64,000 nucleotides of DNA, taken from contig OZ024743.1 of the NCBI GenBank assembly GCA_964016885.1, positions 11,284,001 to 11,348,000 on the forward strand, read 5' to 3'. The position numbers were made by a program, and so were the translations under genes. Shown piece after piece: positions 11,173-21,688 of this stretch. Positions within the stretch are counted from its first letter, which is position 1. Every line of letters starts with the position of its first letter. The stretch comes from Eledone cirrhosa. Taxonomy: Eukaryota. The notes under the pieces were generated by a model, which was not told the origin of the DNA, ran no database searches, and saw only the letters and a list, made by a program, of their open reading frames with translations.

Positions 11173-12960
11173 TTACCTCTCTGCGTCCCGGGTATCGGGC
11201 TGCACAATTTCCATTAGGGTGGGGGATGGGTTGTTGGGTGGGGTGGTGGTTTGTGGAAGTGTGGGGGCATCAGTGTGATGTGTGGTTGGGGAGCTTGGAG
11301 TTGTGTGGGTGTTTGGGGAGGGGGTGGGATAGTTTTTTAGGAGGACGCGGTTAATGGGCCCGACGCAGGGGGGACCCACGTCCTCTTTAAAATTGTTTTT
11401 TAAAGTTTTATAGGTGTCCTGTGGGGCCTTAATCATTTTGAGGTGGGGGAAATCCCCTGCCTGGGTGAAGTTAGGCCCTTGTGTTTTTATTAGATTGTTG
11501 TTGTACACAATGTTTAACAGTTTTTTGTTTCTTGTATTTATGTATGTGTATGCATGTTTTTGTTTTTGTGTGGTGTTTTTTGTTTGCTGTTGTTGTGAGC
11601 TCTTTTGTGTTGGTGTCAGTGTTATGTTTTGGGGAGGGGTTTTTTTCATTTGTGTGTCTGAGGTGTGTTTTCTTTTTTTTCTTTTGATTGTGTGGAAGTG
11701 CTCCTCCTCGTCTGACGACGAACTAGGGTCATCTTCCGCGTTGGAAGGGAGGGGTATATTTTCGGGTTGTGTTTGCGGTACGGGTGTTTTGGAAATTGTT
11801 TTTGTTTTTTGAGTGGAGGGGATGGGTTGGACATTGTTTTGTTTTGGTTTGAGCTGTGGTGGTTGTTTTTGTAGTGGTAGTTGTGGTGATTGTGTTGGTT
11901 GTGCAGTTGTTGGTGGTGTAGGCAGGATTGGGGTTTTCTTATTAAGTTGGGGACAGACAGCCCTCAGGTGACCTCTGGTTCCGCAGAGGTAACACGAGGG
12001 CCGTCTACCCTCAACGGTAATGTTGATGAAGGTTAGATCATCCAGTATGACGCGTTCAGGGATCTGGGCGATCCTTTCGGGCCTCATTTGAACTACAAGT
12101 TCGAGGCTCGTTCCACTGAACGCGTCACCCGATGCCTTTCCCATGGACACCAGCATGTCATCCTCCAGGTCCAGAAAACCTGTCAAAACCCACCATATGT
12201 CCATAATCGGCAGGATGGTGTGGATTTTTATTTTTTGTGTTCTTCTACCCATGTACGTAGGGTAGAAGGTGTATGCGGTGGATGTGATTGGTTTGATGGA
12301 CAGTTTCACTGCTGTGTCCCTGTCCTTCATGAGAATGGATAGACTCCCGTAGAGTCTATCCTTCTGAATGAAGGTGATGTCCTTCATGACGTCTTTTAAA
12401 ACCAGCTCTATCTCGCTCTGTGATGGTTGAGCTGGTTTTTTACTTTTGTTCGAGATTGTCCTAAACATGACCGTGTTTAGGAGTCTCTGGCTTTTTAGTT
12501 CCGGGGGGGAATGGATTGTGAATGAACCATTTTCCCCGTACACTATATATTTTTTCGCATCCGCCAGTAGCTCCTTCGCTTTTGTTATATCTACTGGCAG
12601 ATAGTCGAGGGTTTTCCTTGTCGTCTCGGCGAAGGAGAAATTTTGTTTGTTTGTGTTGTTGTTGTCGTTGGTGGTGTTGTTGTTATCATTGTTGTTGTTG
12701 TCACCGTTATTGGTCTTGTTGTTGTTATTGTTATTGTTATTGGTGTTGTTTTCGTCCGTCGCATTGTTGTTGTTGCTGTTGCTGCTGGTTCTTTGAGTTG
12801 TTGCCATGGCAACGTCAAGTTGTCGGTTAACAGGTGGAGAGAATTCTTCCTCTGGCTGACCTTTCTTCTTGACCTCTGCTACTGTGACAGTGGCAGGGGG
12901 AAGCTGTAAGTTCATCTTCCCCTTTCCTCCTTCGAATTTTGGTGAAGAAGCTTCGGCCAT
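11173..12960 (-). CDS. LINE ORF1 (595 aa), nucleic-acid-binding protein with CCHC zinc knuckle
   Basis: Directly upstream of ORF2; CYLCGTRGHLRAVC knuckle; Asn/Thr-rich N-terminus; basic KRKKRK patch. Confidence 0.9.
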   Translation of the reverse strand: MAEASSPKFEGGKGKMNLQLPPATVTVAEVKKKGQPEEEFSPPVNRQLDVAMATTQRTSSNSNNNNATDENNTNNNNNNNNKTNNGDNNNNDNNNTTNDNNNTNKQNFSFAETTRKTLDYLPVDITKAKELLADAKKYIVYGENGSFTIHSPPELKSQRLLNTVMFRTISNKSKKPAQPSQSEIELVLKDVMKDITFIQKDRLYGSLSILMKDRDTAVKLSIKPITSTAYTFYPTYMGRRTQKIKIHTILPIMDIWWVLTGFLDLEDDMLVSMGKASGDAFSGTSLELVVQMRPERIAQIPERVILDDLTFINITVEGRRPSCYLCGTRGHLRAVCPQLNKKTPILPTPPTTAQPTQSPQLPLQKQPPQLKPKQNNVQPIPSTQKTKTISKTPVPQTQPENIPLPSNAEDDPSSSSDEEEHFHTIKRKKRKHTSDTQMKKTPPQNITLTPTQKSSQQQQTKNTTQKQKHAYTYINTRNKKLLNIVYNNNLIKTQGPNFTQAGDFPHLKMIKAPQDTYKTLKNNFKEDVGPPCVGPINRVLLKNYPTPSPNTHTTPSSPTTHHTDAPTLPQTTTPPNNPSPTLMEIVQPDTRDAER

Positions 12961-13192
12961 TTAAAAAATATTGACTTTTCAACAAGAAAAAACTTTTTTT
13001 TTGTTTAACTATTTCGCCTAAAGGCGTAGAATATTTTGAGAGACTGACCAGATCAAAGTTTGACCTGGCAGTCCCTCTACAAAATGGTACAAAAATTAAA
13101 GTTATCAGACAAGAATTTCTATAGAAATTTAAACAGAACTTACTCAGCAAGTTATACGCGTGTGTCCATCCCAGAGATAGATAGATAGATAA

Positions 13193-13233
<41 letters not shown>

Positions 13234-13294
13234 CGTGTACCAAACACACACACATTTCTTACACTCTCTGTCCCTCCCTCTTTCTCTCTTCATT

Positions 13295-13336
<42 letters not shown>

Positions 13337-13516
13337 GAGCGTTGTTATTTGGCGTTGTTGAAAAGATCAGTGGCTTTTGACCTGGAAACAAAAAACTGTA
13401 GAAAAAATTATTTCTGTACCCAAACCAAGGCACAAACACACACAAGTTTGTGTGTGTGTATGTGTGTGGGGGGGGGGGGGGGTCTATGTGTGTTTGTGTG
13501 TGTCTGTGTATCTATC

Positions 13517-13579
<63 letters not shown>

Positions 13580-13993
13580 GATACAAATACTACTTTCTCA
13601 CTGTCACCAAGCTTCTCAATTCATTCGCTGCTAAATATTTGATTTTTCTACGAGGTATTTGATTTTGCAAGGTACTATTTTTCCCCTGAGTTTGTGATTT
13701 CAGAGAAAGGTAAGAAATTCTTCATATTTTACATCTTTTGTATTTTGACTTTACAGTTTGAATTGTAGAATTGTTTATCCAATCAAAATATTACAACATC
13801 TAACAGTGAAATATAGAATTTAAAAAAAAAAGCTTTTTCGACTGAAATCAAGTCTTTGAGAACATTCACGTCTATTTTTCAAAAATATATAATTTGAAAT
13901 AGTTTGCTTTAGTTTAGGACTGAAACTTTTTTTGTATTTAATTCGTACGGGTATTTTTTAAAGATCTTTTTAAAGATTCTAACATAACTTGAT

Positions 13994-14450
13994 TTGGCCC
14001 ATTACGTGCACTGCGGCATTCATATTGCTCAACTTATTGTAACTAAGTCTGTACAAGCTTCACTTATCAAAAATGTTCTAGGTTGCGTGAATGAATTGCG
14101 GAAACTATATAGTACGTCAGGAAAATTTAAGCAAGCGTATTTATCACAACATGATGAAGAAAATGAAGTATCGTCACCACGCTCCTTAACACCTGTGTGC
14201 CCTACTCGATGGCTAACAGGACTTTCTGCAGTCAAAGCCCTTCTTGACAATTATTCAGATGTCCCTATTTCTTTACAAGAGGCAACAAATGAGTTTGGCA
14301 CCAACATTGCATCCAGAGCTAATGTTATTCTTACGTGTCACTCTCCGGGCCAATGTGTTCTTGGATTGTACGTTGTAATTCCATTACTTCAATTCCTTGA
14401 AGGCTTGAAGAAATCTTTTCAAAGTACCACCTTCAATCTAGGTAGCATGT
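13994..14450 (+). pseudogene. hAT transposase fragment, Tip100/ZMYM1-like subtype
   Basis: YVHCGIHIAQL (CxxH motif), VCPTRW, ASRAN.IL. Confidence 0.75.
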
Positions 14451-14453
14451 TGC

Positions 14454-15203
14454 TTCTTTGAACTGTTCGACTCTATCATTGAGTTTCTTCGAGGACGCAA
14501 CACAGAAATGTATAAAAAAAACGATCGATGTGAGGCAAGACTGCGCCTACCTCGCCGACATCTTCGACAAATGCAATAGCCTCATTATGGCTTTGCAGGA
14601 GGAGAAGATCACCTTGTTTAAAGCAAGGAATGCTGTGAAAATATTCCTGGCCAAATTAAAAGTCATCGAAAGGAATTTTTGTCGACGGGAATTCTATAAT
14701 TTTCCTAGTGTCGCCAACGTTCAAAACATTGTGAGCGATGACCAACTCCAAACTTATACCGCGCACCTCCGTACACTACAAGACAACATGAGAGAACGGT
14801 TTGTCGACCTTTTGCAGATGGACATCCCAATGTGGATAGCAGATCCCTTCATAGCTAACGTCGACGATTTCGACGTTAAATTTCAGGAAGAATTAATTGA
14901 ACTTCAGACAGATGACATTATCAAAATTAAATTTTTGCCAAAATAGGTGAACCCCTTTTTTGGATGTAAGAGGAAATTCAGCGTCGATTTCCACTCCTAC
15001 ATGCAGAGGCTAAGAGATTTGCTTTGCCTTTTCCTAGCTCATACTTAGTCGAGAGGGGGTTTGGCGTTGTTTCCAGACTGCATAGTAAGTCTCGCAACCG
15101 CTACAATGTGATTGCATGTGGAGATCTCCGGCTACAGCTCACGAAAATCCAGCCTGACGTCAAAGAGTTAGCTAAACTCCATGAAGCTCAAGGGTCCCAT
15201 TGA
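14454..15203 (+). pseudogene. hAT transposase C-terminal half, Buster/Charlie (ZBED5/SCAND3-like), frameshifted
   Basis: FELFDSIIEFL / AYLADIFDK / RFVDL..WIADPF / QEELIELQ / PFPSSYLVERGF / GDLRL..HEAQGSH*. Confidence 0.9.
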
Positions 15204-16619
15204 TACGAGGTCAAAGTAAGTCGATTTTTTTATTTGTAGTTGCAATCTGACTGGACTGGAAACCATCTACCACAATTCACTTACTCATTTGTTGTATATA
15301 TTTTACCGTTTACTAATGAATATACCCTCTTACGTGGTCATGAAAACCCTCTTGCGTGGTCTCTAAGCTCACAAAGCGGAGGGGACATCAAGTTAGATAT
15401 CAACATTTATTCTGTCAGTTTCATTAAAGGGAAAATTGGAAAGCTTTGAAATAATACAATTGCCACTTTCTTCCAGATAAGAGCACTCTTTGGATAGACA
15501 GAGTTGCTCTTGTATAAATGTTCAAAATAGCTGGTATCGTCTGGTGGGAATATAACAAATTCAACTGGTCCTTATTCATAAAAAAGAACATTTATGTTCC
15601 TTTTTTTGAAATTTATATACTTCCTTTCAAGGAATGTATTTATACTTTCAACTGCCTGCAATGGTATCTTTGGAATATCGTTAATCAATTTTTTAGTAAT
15701 CTACTGATATCAAAATCAGTAGTATATTGAAAAATGGAAGAATAGGGTAGGGGGCGTTTCGTGATTTTTGGGGGAAAAGGGGGGCGCTTGGCCGAAATGG
15801 GTTGAGAACCTTTGATCTAAAGAACAATTAGGTGTTTCTACGAGACAAACTGTTTCGGGCCACCAACAAGATTTATGGTTGCTGCAAAGGATCAGCCAGA
15901 GAGAAGGTTGTGGAATAATACTGTAGACAGAATCATGAATGCTGAGAGATTCACAAAGAATGAAAGGAGTGGGGAAGTAAAGTATAATATCAAATAGCTT
16001 GAAAAGGGGTTATGAGTCCGCTCAACATAGCATGAGGAAACGTTGAAAGGAGGATGGTTGTAAATATTCTGTCAAAAGAATCAGGTATGTTATGTTTTTT
16101 CCAAATGCAAAGCAATGAGTTAGAGACAATCGAAACGTTGTTGTATAATGCACTATTATAGCAGAGTCTGTGTATAACCTAGAAAAGAAATTGCAGGCGA
16201 GGAAAGAAAATCTAAAGTCAAATAGACTCAGAATAAAATAAGCAAAGCCTAATGTTTTAATAACTAGGAAAGAAGACAAGACCCAGGGAAATGTCTGTAT
16301 TCAATACTCACTAAAGGGGTATGTAGAAATTATATTCAGGGTACTCAATTCAAAATCAAGAGATGAAGGTGGGGTAGCTGGTAGGCTAAAAGAAAAAGTT
16401 AATTTGTATTTTAGTCAGCAGTCAGAGCTCCCCGCCCCAACAAAAAATATTAAGTCATTTCCAATGCTCAAATAGCTCCATAAAAGTAATTGCTTCTGTA
16501 ACCTAATCAGCAATTGGAGGGGGGGGGGGGGCTTTGAAACACATAAACTAGAATAAGGAAAGGATGGAAAAAGTTTAGGGATTTGTTACATCTACTTGCG
16601 ACAATAGGATTCTCCGAGT

Positions 16620-16975
16620 AAAAGTGATATGGTATGATGTTTGCGTACGTAGTGTTGTACAGGATGTGTAATGTTAGAGCATATGAACAACAAATTACAG
16701 ATGAGCTGAGAGAATGATTGCGCTGGTATGGACATGTAATGCGTATGGATCAGGCCAATAGACTAAATATGTTCCAGAATTCTATGTGATAGAAAGCCGT
16801 AGAAAAGGAAAACCAAGGAAGAAATGGAGAGAAGTAGCGAAAGCTGATCACAGGATGCTGAACATCGCAAAGAAGATAACAAAAGAATACAACAAATGGC
16901 AAGGCGCTGTTTTGGACAGAGACGGCCCGGCCCATGCAAGCATGGAAGTGTAGGCATCAAAAAGTGATAATGTTT
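16620..16975 (+). mobile_element. RTE-clade LINE 3' end, degenerate
   Basis: LRWYGHVMRMD...RKGKPRKKWREV translation and CCCATGCAAGCATGGAA tail; relic probably extends back to about 15823. Confidence 0.75.
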
Positions 16976-17018
16976 GTATACGCACGTACACACACACACA
17001 CAGAAGTCTATACGTTTA

Positions 17019-17065
<47 letters not shown>

Positions 17066-17072
<7 letters not shown>

Positions 17073-17574
17073 TATGTATACGTACATACATATATGTATA
17101 CAGACGTACAGTAGTATGTATATATATATATATACATACATGCACACATATATATATATATGTACGTATGGATTCACCGAACATTTATTATAATGCTCGG
17201 TGTGTTTGTAAACAAACATCCCGAATTAAGCCGTACAGTGTCTAGCAACCATCGTTGCTCATTTGTTCAACACTGACAAAGGAACGCTGTACTAGTTTCA
17301 AGCTTATTAGCTATCGTCAGCTATCGTCAGCAACGTATACCTTCCTGCCAGATGATTGAACGTCTGAAAGTATATACTTTCCTTATGCATATTAACGGCT
17401 GAGCAGCCTAATTTGCATATCGAGTGAGTTACAAACACACCGAGCATTATAATAAATGTTCGGTGAATCCATACGTACATATATATATATATATATATGT
17501 GCATGTATGTATATATATATACATACTACTGTACGTCTGTATACATATATGTATGTACGTGTACATACTTATAT
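17066..17574. mobile_element. Fold-back element (about 145-bp inverted arms) around a hammerhead-containing spacer
   Basis: Arms about 17066-17211 / 17429-17574, including mirrored internal microsatellites; flanked by (TA)n. Confidence 0.85.
17284..17336 (-). ncRNA. Minimal hammerhead ribozyme with palindromic stem III
   Basis: ACGTTG-CTGACGA-(TAGCTGACGA duplication)-t-AGCT-aata-AGCT-t-GAA-ACTAGT-A-CAGCGT; 6-bp stem I, GUA triplet. Confidence 0.8.
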
Positions 17575-17627
17575 TTAAGTAACAGTCGTACTAAGAGTGA
17601 GAAATGAAATTTCGTTTCATTTTTTCC

Positions 17628-17701
<74 letters not shown>

Positions 17702-17842
17702 TTTCGGTTATTTATCAAATATTTCTTCATAGGAGCCTTTATTCTTATAGCCTGGTCTAATTGATTTTTTGTATGGTTAATTATGCTAATTGGGAGAGGA
17801 AATTGTATATATTTTATCTAATAATTCTAAGGACATGATTTA

Positions 17843-17912
<70 letters not shown>

Positions 17913-18233
17913 AAACAACGGATAGACGGACCGTCCCATCACCTCAGTGGAAATCAATATGGCTTCGGCATATATATATATCCGAATAAGGTGAAACATT
18001 TGTTCTCGGTACGCTGAACTAACTGCTGTGGAACTACTTCTACCAAACTCGTCCCATGGACTGAGTGCTCTACTACTGCGGATATAACCTATCAGTGTTC
18101 TACTATTTTATATATATATATATGTACATACATATATATATACATATATATATACATTTATATATACATTTATATATACATATATATATATATATATGGA
18201 GGTGGGTAAAGTATGTATGTGCAGCATAATAAT

Positions 18234-18420
18234 TGTTTCTACTTTTGGCACAAGGCCAGCAATTATCCCAGTGTATTACTGGTACATTATTTTATCGACC
18301 CCGTAAGGATGAAAGACGAAGTTAACCTCGGCGGGATTTGAACTCAGACCATAAAGAGATGTAACTCTTTGCTGCAAAGCATAGCGTCCGACCCTCTACC
18401 AATACTGCCAATCCACGGCC
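18234..18420 (-). mobile_element. tRNA-head SINE (young subfamily) with 17-bp TSD
   Basis: TSD ATGTGCAGCATAATAAT at 18217-18233 and 18421-18437. Confidence 0.92.
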
Positions 18421-19474
18421 ATGTGCAGCATAATAATGATCAAGAACTCTACATGAGAGGACTCTATATCAGTTGAAGAGCTATATATTTATATAATAAT
18501 TATATTACATATTGTTTCGGCTTCCGTCTGGTTTCATAACTGAACAGATGATTTCTTTATTTTGGTGGAGGAGATAATACATCTCTTCACCTGCTCGGAG
18601 TTGATATTGAGACAGTTTTAAGAAAAAAAATCTAAACCTAGTATTAAGTGGCCTTTACGTAAATTTACTATCTCCTCATAATAACTACTTAATCGGAAAT
18701 AAACAGAAAAAATTATATTAAGTTTTTATCAAGAATACATATATGCTTATAACTGCCCCTTATACTCTTTACCAACCGTAGATAAATTTACTATAGTAAA
18801 TGTGACATGGATTTAATGAAATATGGTTATTTCGTACTGACGATGTTAAAGCAAGCGGAAGCGGTAAGCTATATATGGAAATTAGAGAAATGTGTGAGAC
18901 GAATATTACAATGTATTCATATACATATATATCCAGCCGAATCAATTGACGGCGTTTGCTACTGAGAGAGCCCGTTTGAAGGCGTGTTTGAGGACTCTAC
19001 TCCCACGACCCTACCAAGAATAGTATATTCTCCCAAGCATAGTATACACTTCTTCCCAAGAAGAAGTATATAGATATATAATCATATGATATTTACGTGT
19101 TACCCTATATATTGAAAGAAAATGAAGAACCTTAATCGATTTTTGACAGTTAATTGATCTCCTCACAGGTGTCTAATTGAATGATCAACCACAGATAAAT
19201 GCACATCTTATGTTTCTACAGATGTGCATGTGTCGTTTATCTCAGCTGCTTAGTGCATGATTTAATATATACTATATACAGCTAGCTACCAGCGTAAACA
19301 CTAATACGTCCATTTAACTTATGTGTGTTTGGTGTGTAACTCCAAATTACTGGTTTGCTCTTGTTAATCCAAGCTTCTCTCTTGTATGCGTTCGATTAGT
19401 CAACTCAACTAACACATAAAGACGAGAAAGTGGAGTAAAGATGGAATGAATCACTGATGGAATGAATCACATTA

Positions 19475-19652
19475 TTCAGTATCGGTAGAGCGTCAGACAC
19501 CATGCTTTGAAGAATAGAGTTCTGGCCATTTACGTTCTGGGTTCAAATCCCTCCGGGGTTAGCTTTGCCTTTCATCCTTACGGGTCGATAAAATAAAGTA
19601 CCAGTAATGGGTTGGGGTAATTGCTGGCCTTGTGCCAAAAGTAGGAACAATT
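19475..19652 (+). mobile_element. tRNA-head SINE (young subfamily)
   Basis: CAGTATCGGTAGAG..GGTTCAAATCCC..GCCTTTCATCC..GTCGATAAAATAAAGTACCAG. Confidence 0.9.
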
Positions 19653-19885
19653 ACAAATATTGAGTACTTTTTGTTCTCTCTATACACCCATTACATACAC
19701 GCGTGCGCGCGTTCATAAGACACAGTCGTCTGAGGACATATGCATGTAGTCTATAGTCTTTATCTCGCTTTGTTTTGTCTTTCGCTCACACACATAAACA
19801 CATGTATGGACACCAACACGTAATGATGCACATACACAAACACACACACACACGCATACACACACACATACGCATACACACACAC

Positions 19886-19940
<55 letters not shown>

Positions 19941-19946
<6 letters not shown>

Positions 19947-20026
19947 GTCCCAAAATGTATACACATTTTTATTAGCTTTTATTAGAATGCTGATAAAGTG
20001 TGTATATATTTTTGAGGGACACCATG
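19941..20026. mobile_element. Tiny Tc1/mariner-type MITE
   Basis: AGGGTGTCCC...GGGACACCATG ends, TA flanks, imperfect palindrome throughout. Confidence 0.65.
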
Positions 20027-20039
20027 TATGTCTATGTAC

Positions 20040-20070
<31 letters not shown>

Positions 20071-20811
20071 TATATAAATTCATACTCACACACGCACACT
20101 AATACATGCAGACAAGTACATACGCAAATAATACACGAACACGAATACACATGCGTGTGCGCAGACGCACTCACACACAAGCACATTCGTTCACACAAAA
20201 ACGAACAACTTGTTTGACGCCATTAAAATAGTTCGTCGTCTGCCTTTTCAAGCCAACCTTGCCAACAGTTGAACGGTTGGGTTTCTATCCAAAAGAGCAG
20301 ACGGATAAATAAAGCTGCTCGGACACCTTAAGTTTTGAAGATTTGCCAAAATATGTTACAATTGTCTCTGAAAACACACACAATTTTCTCTTTATATTAA
20401 CACGCATATATCTACACGCACGCATGGGTAAAGGCAAATCTATATACACATTATTCCTTACGCATATAAATATACATAGATTCATCCAAACATATACAAA
20501 ACTATACACACACGTATACAGAAATACAAATACAAGAACCGAGTTATTATGGATAATTGTTCATATTAAATTTTATAAGTTATAATCTATAATATATAAA
20601 CTTACAATTTATGAGTTTATAAATAATTTATTGTACCTGATAAAGATACGGTCTTTTTCTTCTCAAGTTAATTCCCCTCCCTCTCTTCTTCTCTTAGTCG
20701 TCACCAATGAATAAACTTTTCTACTATCCTGTCTCCAACTAATTTGTAAATTAATATTACTTACTCTAGGTGTTGGGGTGGCAGCTGAAGCAGTGGGTCA
20801 GCAGATTAAGA

Positions 20812-21443
20812 ACTCTCGGGTCTCAAATAATGCCCCCCGTCCCCGCCCCCCGACGTTATTCATTTTTCAAATTTTCCCAACAGCCACTCTTATTCCACCC
20901 CTCCCGCTGCTTATTCAATTTTGCTAATCTGTCTCAGGTGAAAATTTATTTTAAGTGGTAGCGTTCCTGTTACAATTCATTTTCTCTACACATTTAAAAA
21001 ACATTATACATGACAAAACAAATACATTACTAGAAATCCCATACATTATAAAATAAGGGCGCTGGATTGGCAGTATCAATAGAGCGTCAGACACCATGAT
21101 TTTCAGCATAGAGTTATGGTCCTTTACGTTCTGAGTTCAAATCCCGCCGAGGTTAACTTTGCCTTTCATCCTTACGGGGGTCGATAAAATAAAGTACCAG
21201 TAATGCACTGGGGTAATTGCTGGCTTTGTGCCAAAAATAGAAACAAATATAAAATAAACAGGATGGGTTGGGGTTTTAATATGTAAACTAAACGACTGAT
21301 TCTGGTTTTTAAAAAAAAATCAACGGTGACACCCTAAAAAAATAACTGTTTCCTCCGCTCCCCTTGTTTATTCCAGCTCCCCGCTTATTCCAACTCCCCC
21401 GTTTATTCCAGCCCGATCCCTCTATTATTGGGGACCCGATAGT
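20812..21443. mobile_element. Non-autonomous TIR DNA transposon interrupted by a SINE
   Basis: ACTCTCGGGTCTCAAATAA / TTATTGGGGACCCGATAGT inverted ends; repeated CCCC..TTATTC subterminal motifs. Confidence 0.65.
21058..21246 (+). mobile_element. tRNA-head SINE (young subfamily)
   Basis: Full head-body-tail match; ATAAAATAA on both sides. Confidence 0.92.
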
Positions 21444-21472
21444 AACTTACATTGGGGGTGTGGTGGGGGGGA

Positions 21473-21517
21473 GTAGTGGTAGTAGTAGTAATAGTAATAG
21501 TAGTAGTAGTAGTTGTT

Positions 21518-21549
<32 letters not shown>

Positions 21550-21644
21550 TGTTGTTGTTGTTGCAGCAGCAGCAGTAGTAATAGTAGTAGTAGTAGTTGT
21601 TGTAGTTGTTGTTGTTGTTGCAGCAGCAGTAGTAATAGTAGTAG

Positions 21645-21688
<44 letters not shown>

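Larger units (their letters stand above)
7447..13172 (-). mobile_element. Full-length Tx1/L1-clade non-LTR retrotransposon in a (GATA)n microsatellite
   Basis: About 210-nt 5'UTR, ORF1, ORF2, about 260-nt 3'UTR with AATAAA (7459-7454); GATA repeats at both junctions. Confidence 0.93.
3438..15814 (+). mobile_element. hAT (Buster/Charlie-type) DNA transposon relic, expanded by nested insertions
   Basis: Ends TTTAGATTCTCAA (3438-3450) and TTGAGAACCTTTG (15802-15814); TSD ATCTAAAC (3430-3437) / ATCTAAAG (15815-15822); subterminal GGGGCG repeats at both ends; transposase remnant inside. Confidence 0.8.

Noticed and set aside
8028-12909. Plus-strand ORFs overlapping the LINE
   Set aside because: Antisense shadows of ORF1/ORF2 with no recognisable motifs.
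17348-17382. Second hammerhead on the plus strand (CAGATGA...GAAAGTATATACTT)
   Set aside because: No stem I pairing and only a marginal stem II.
21058-21150. tRNA gene (A/B boxes)
   Set aside because: It is the head of a multi-copy SINE; no complete cloverleaf.
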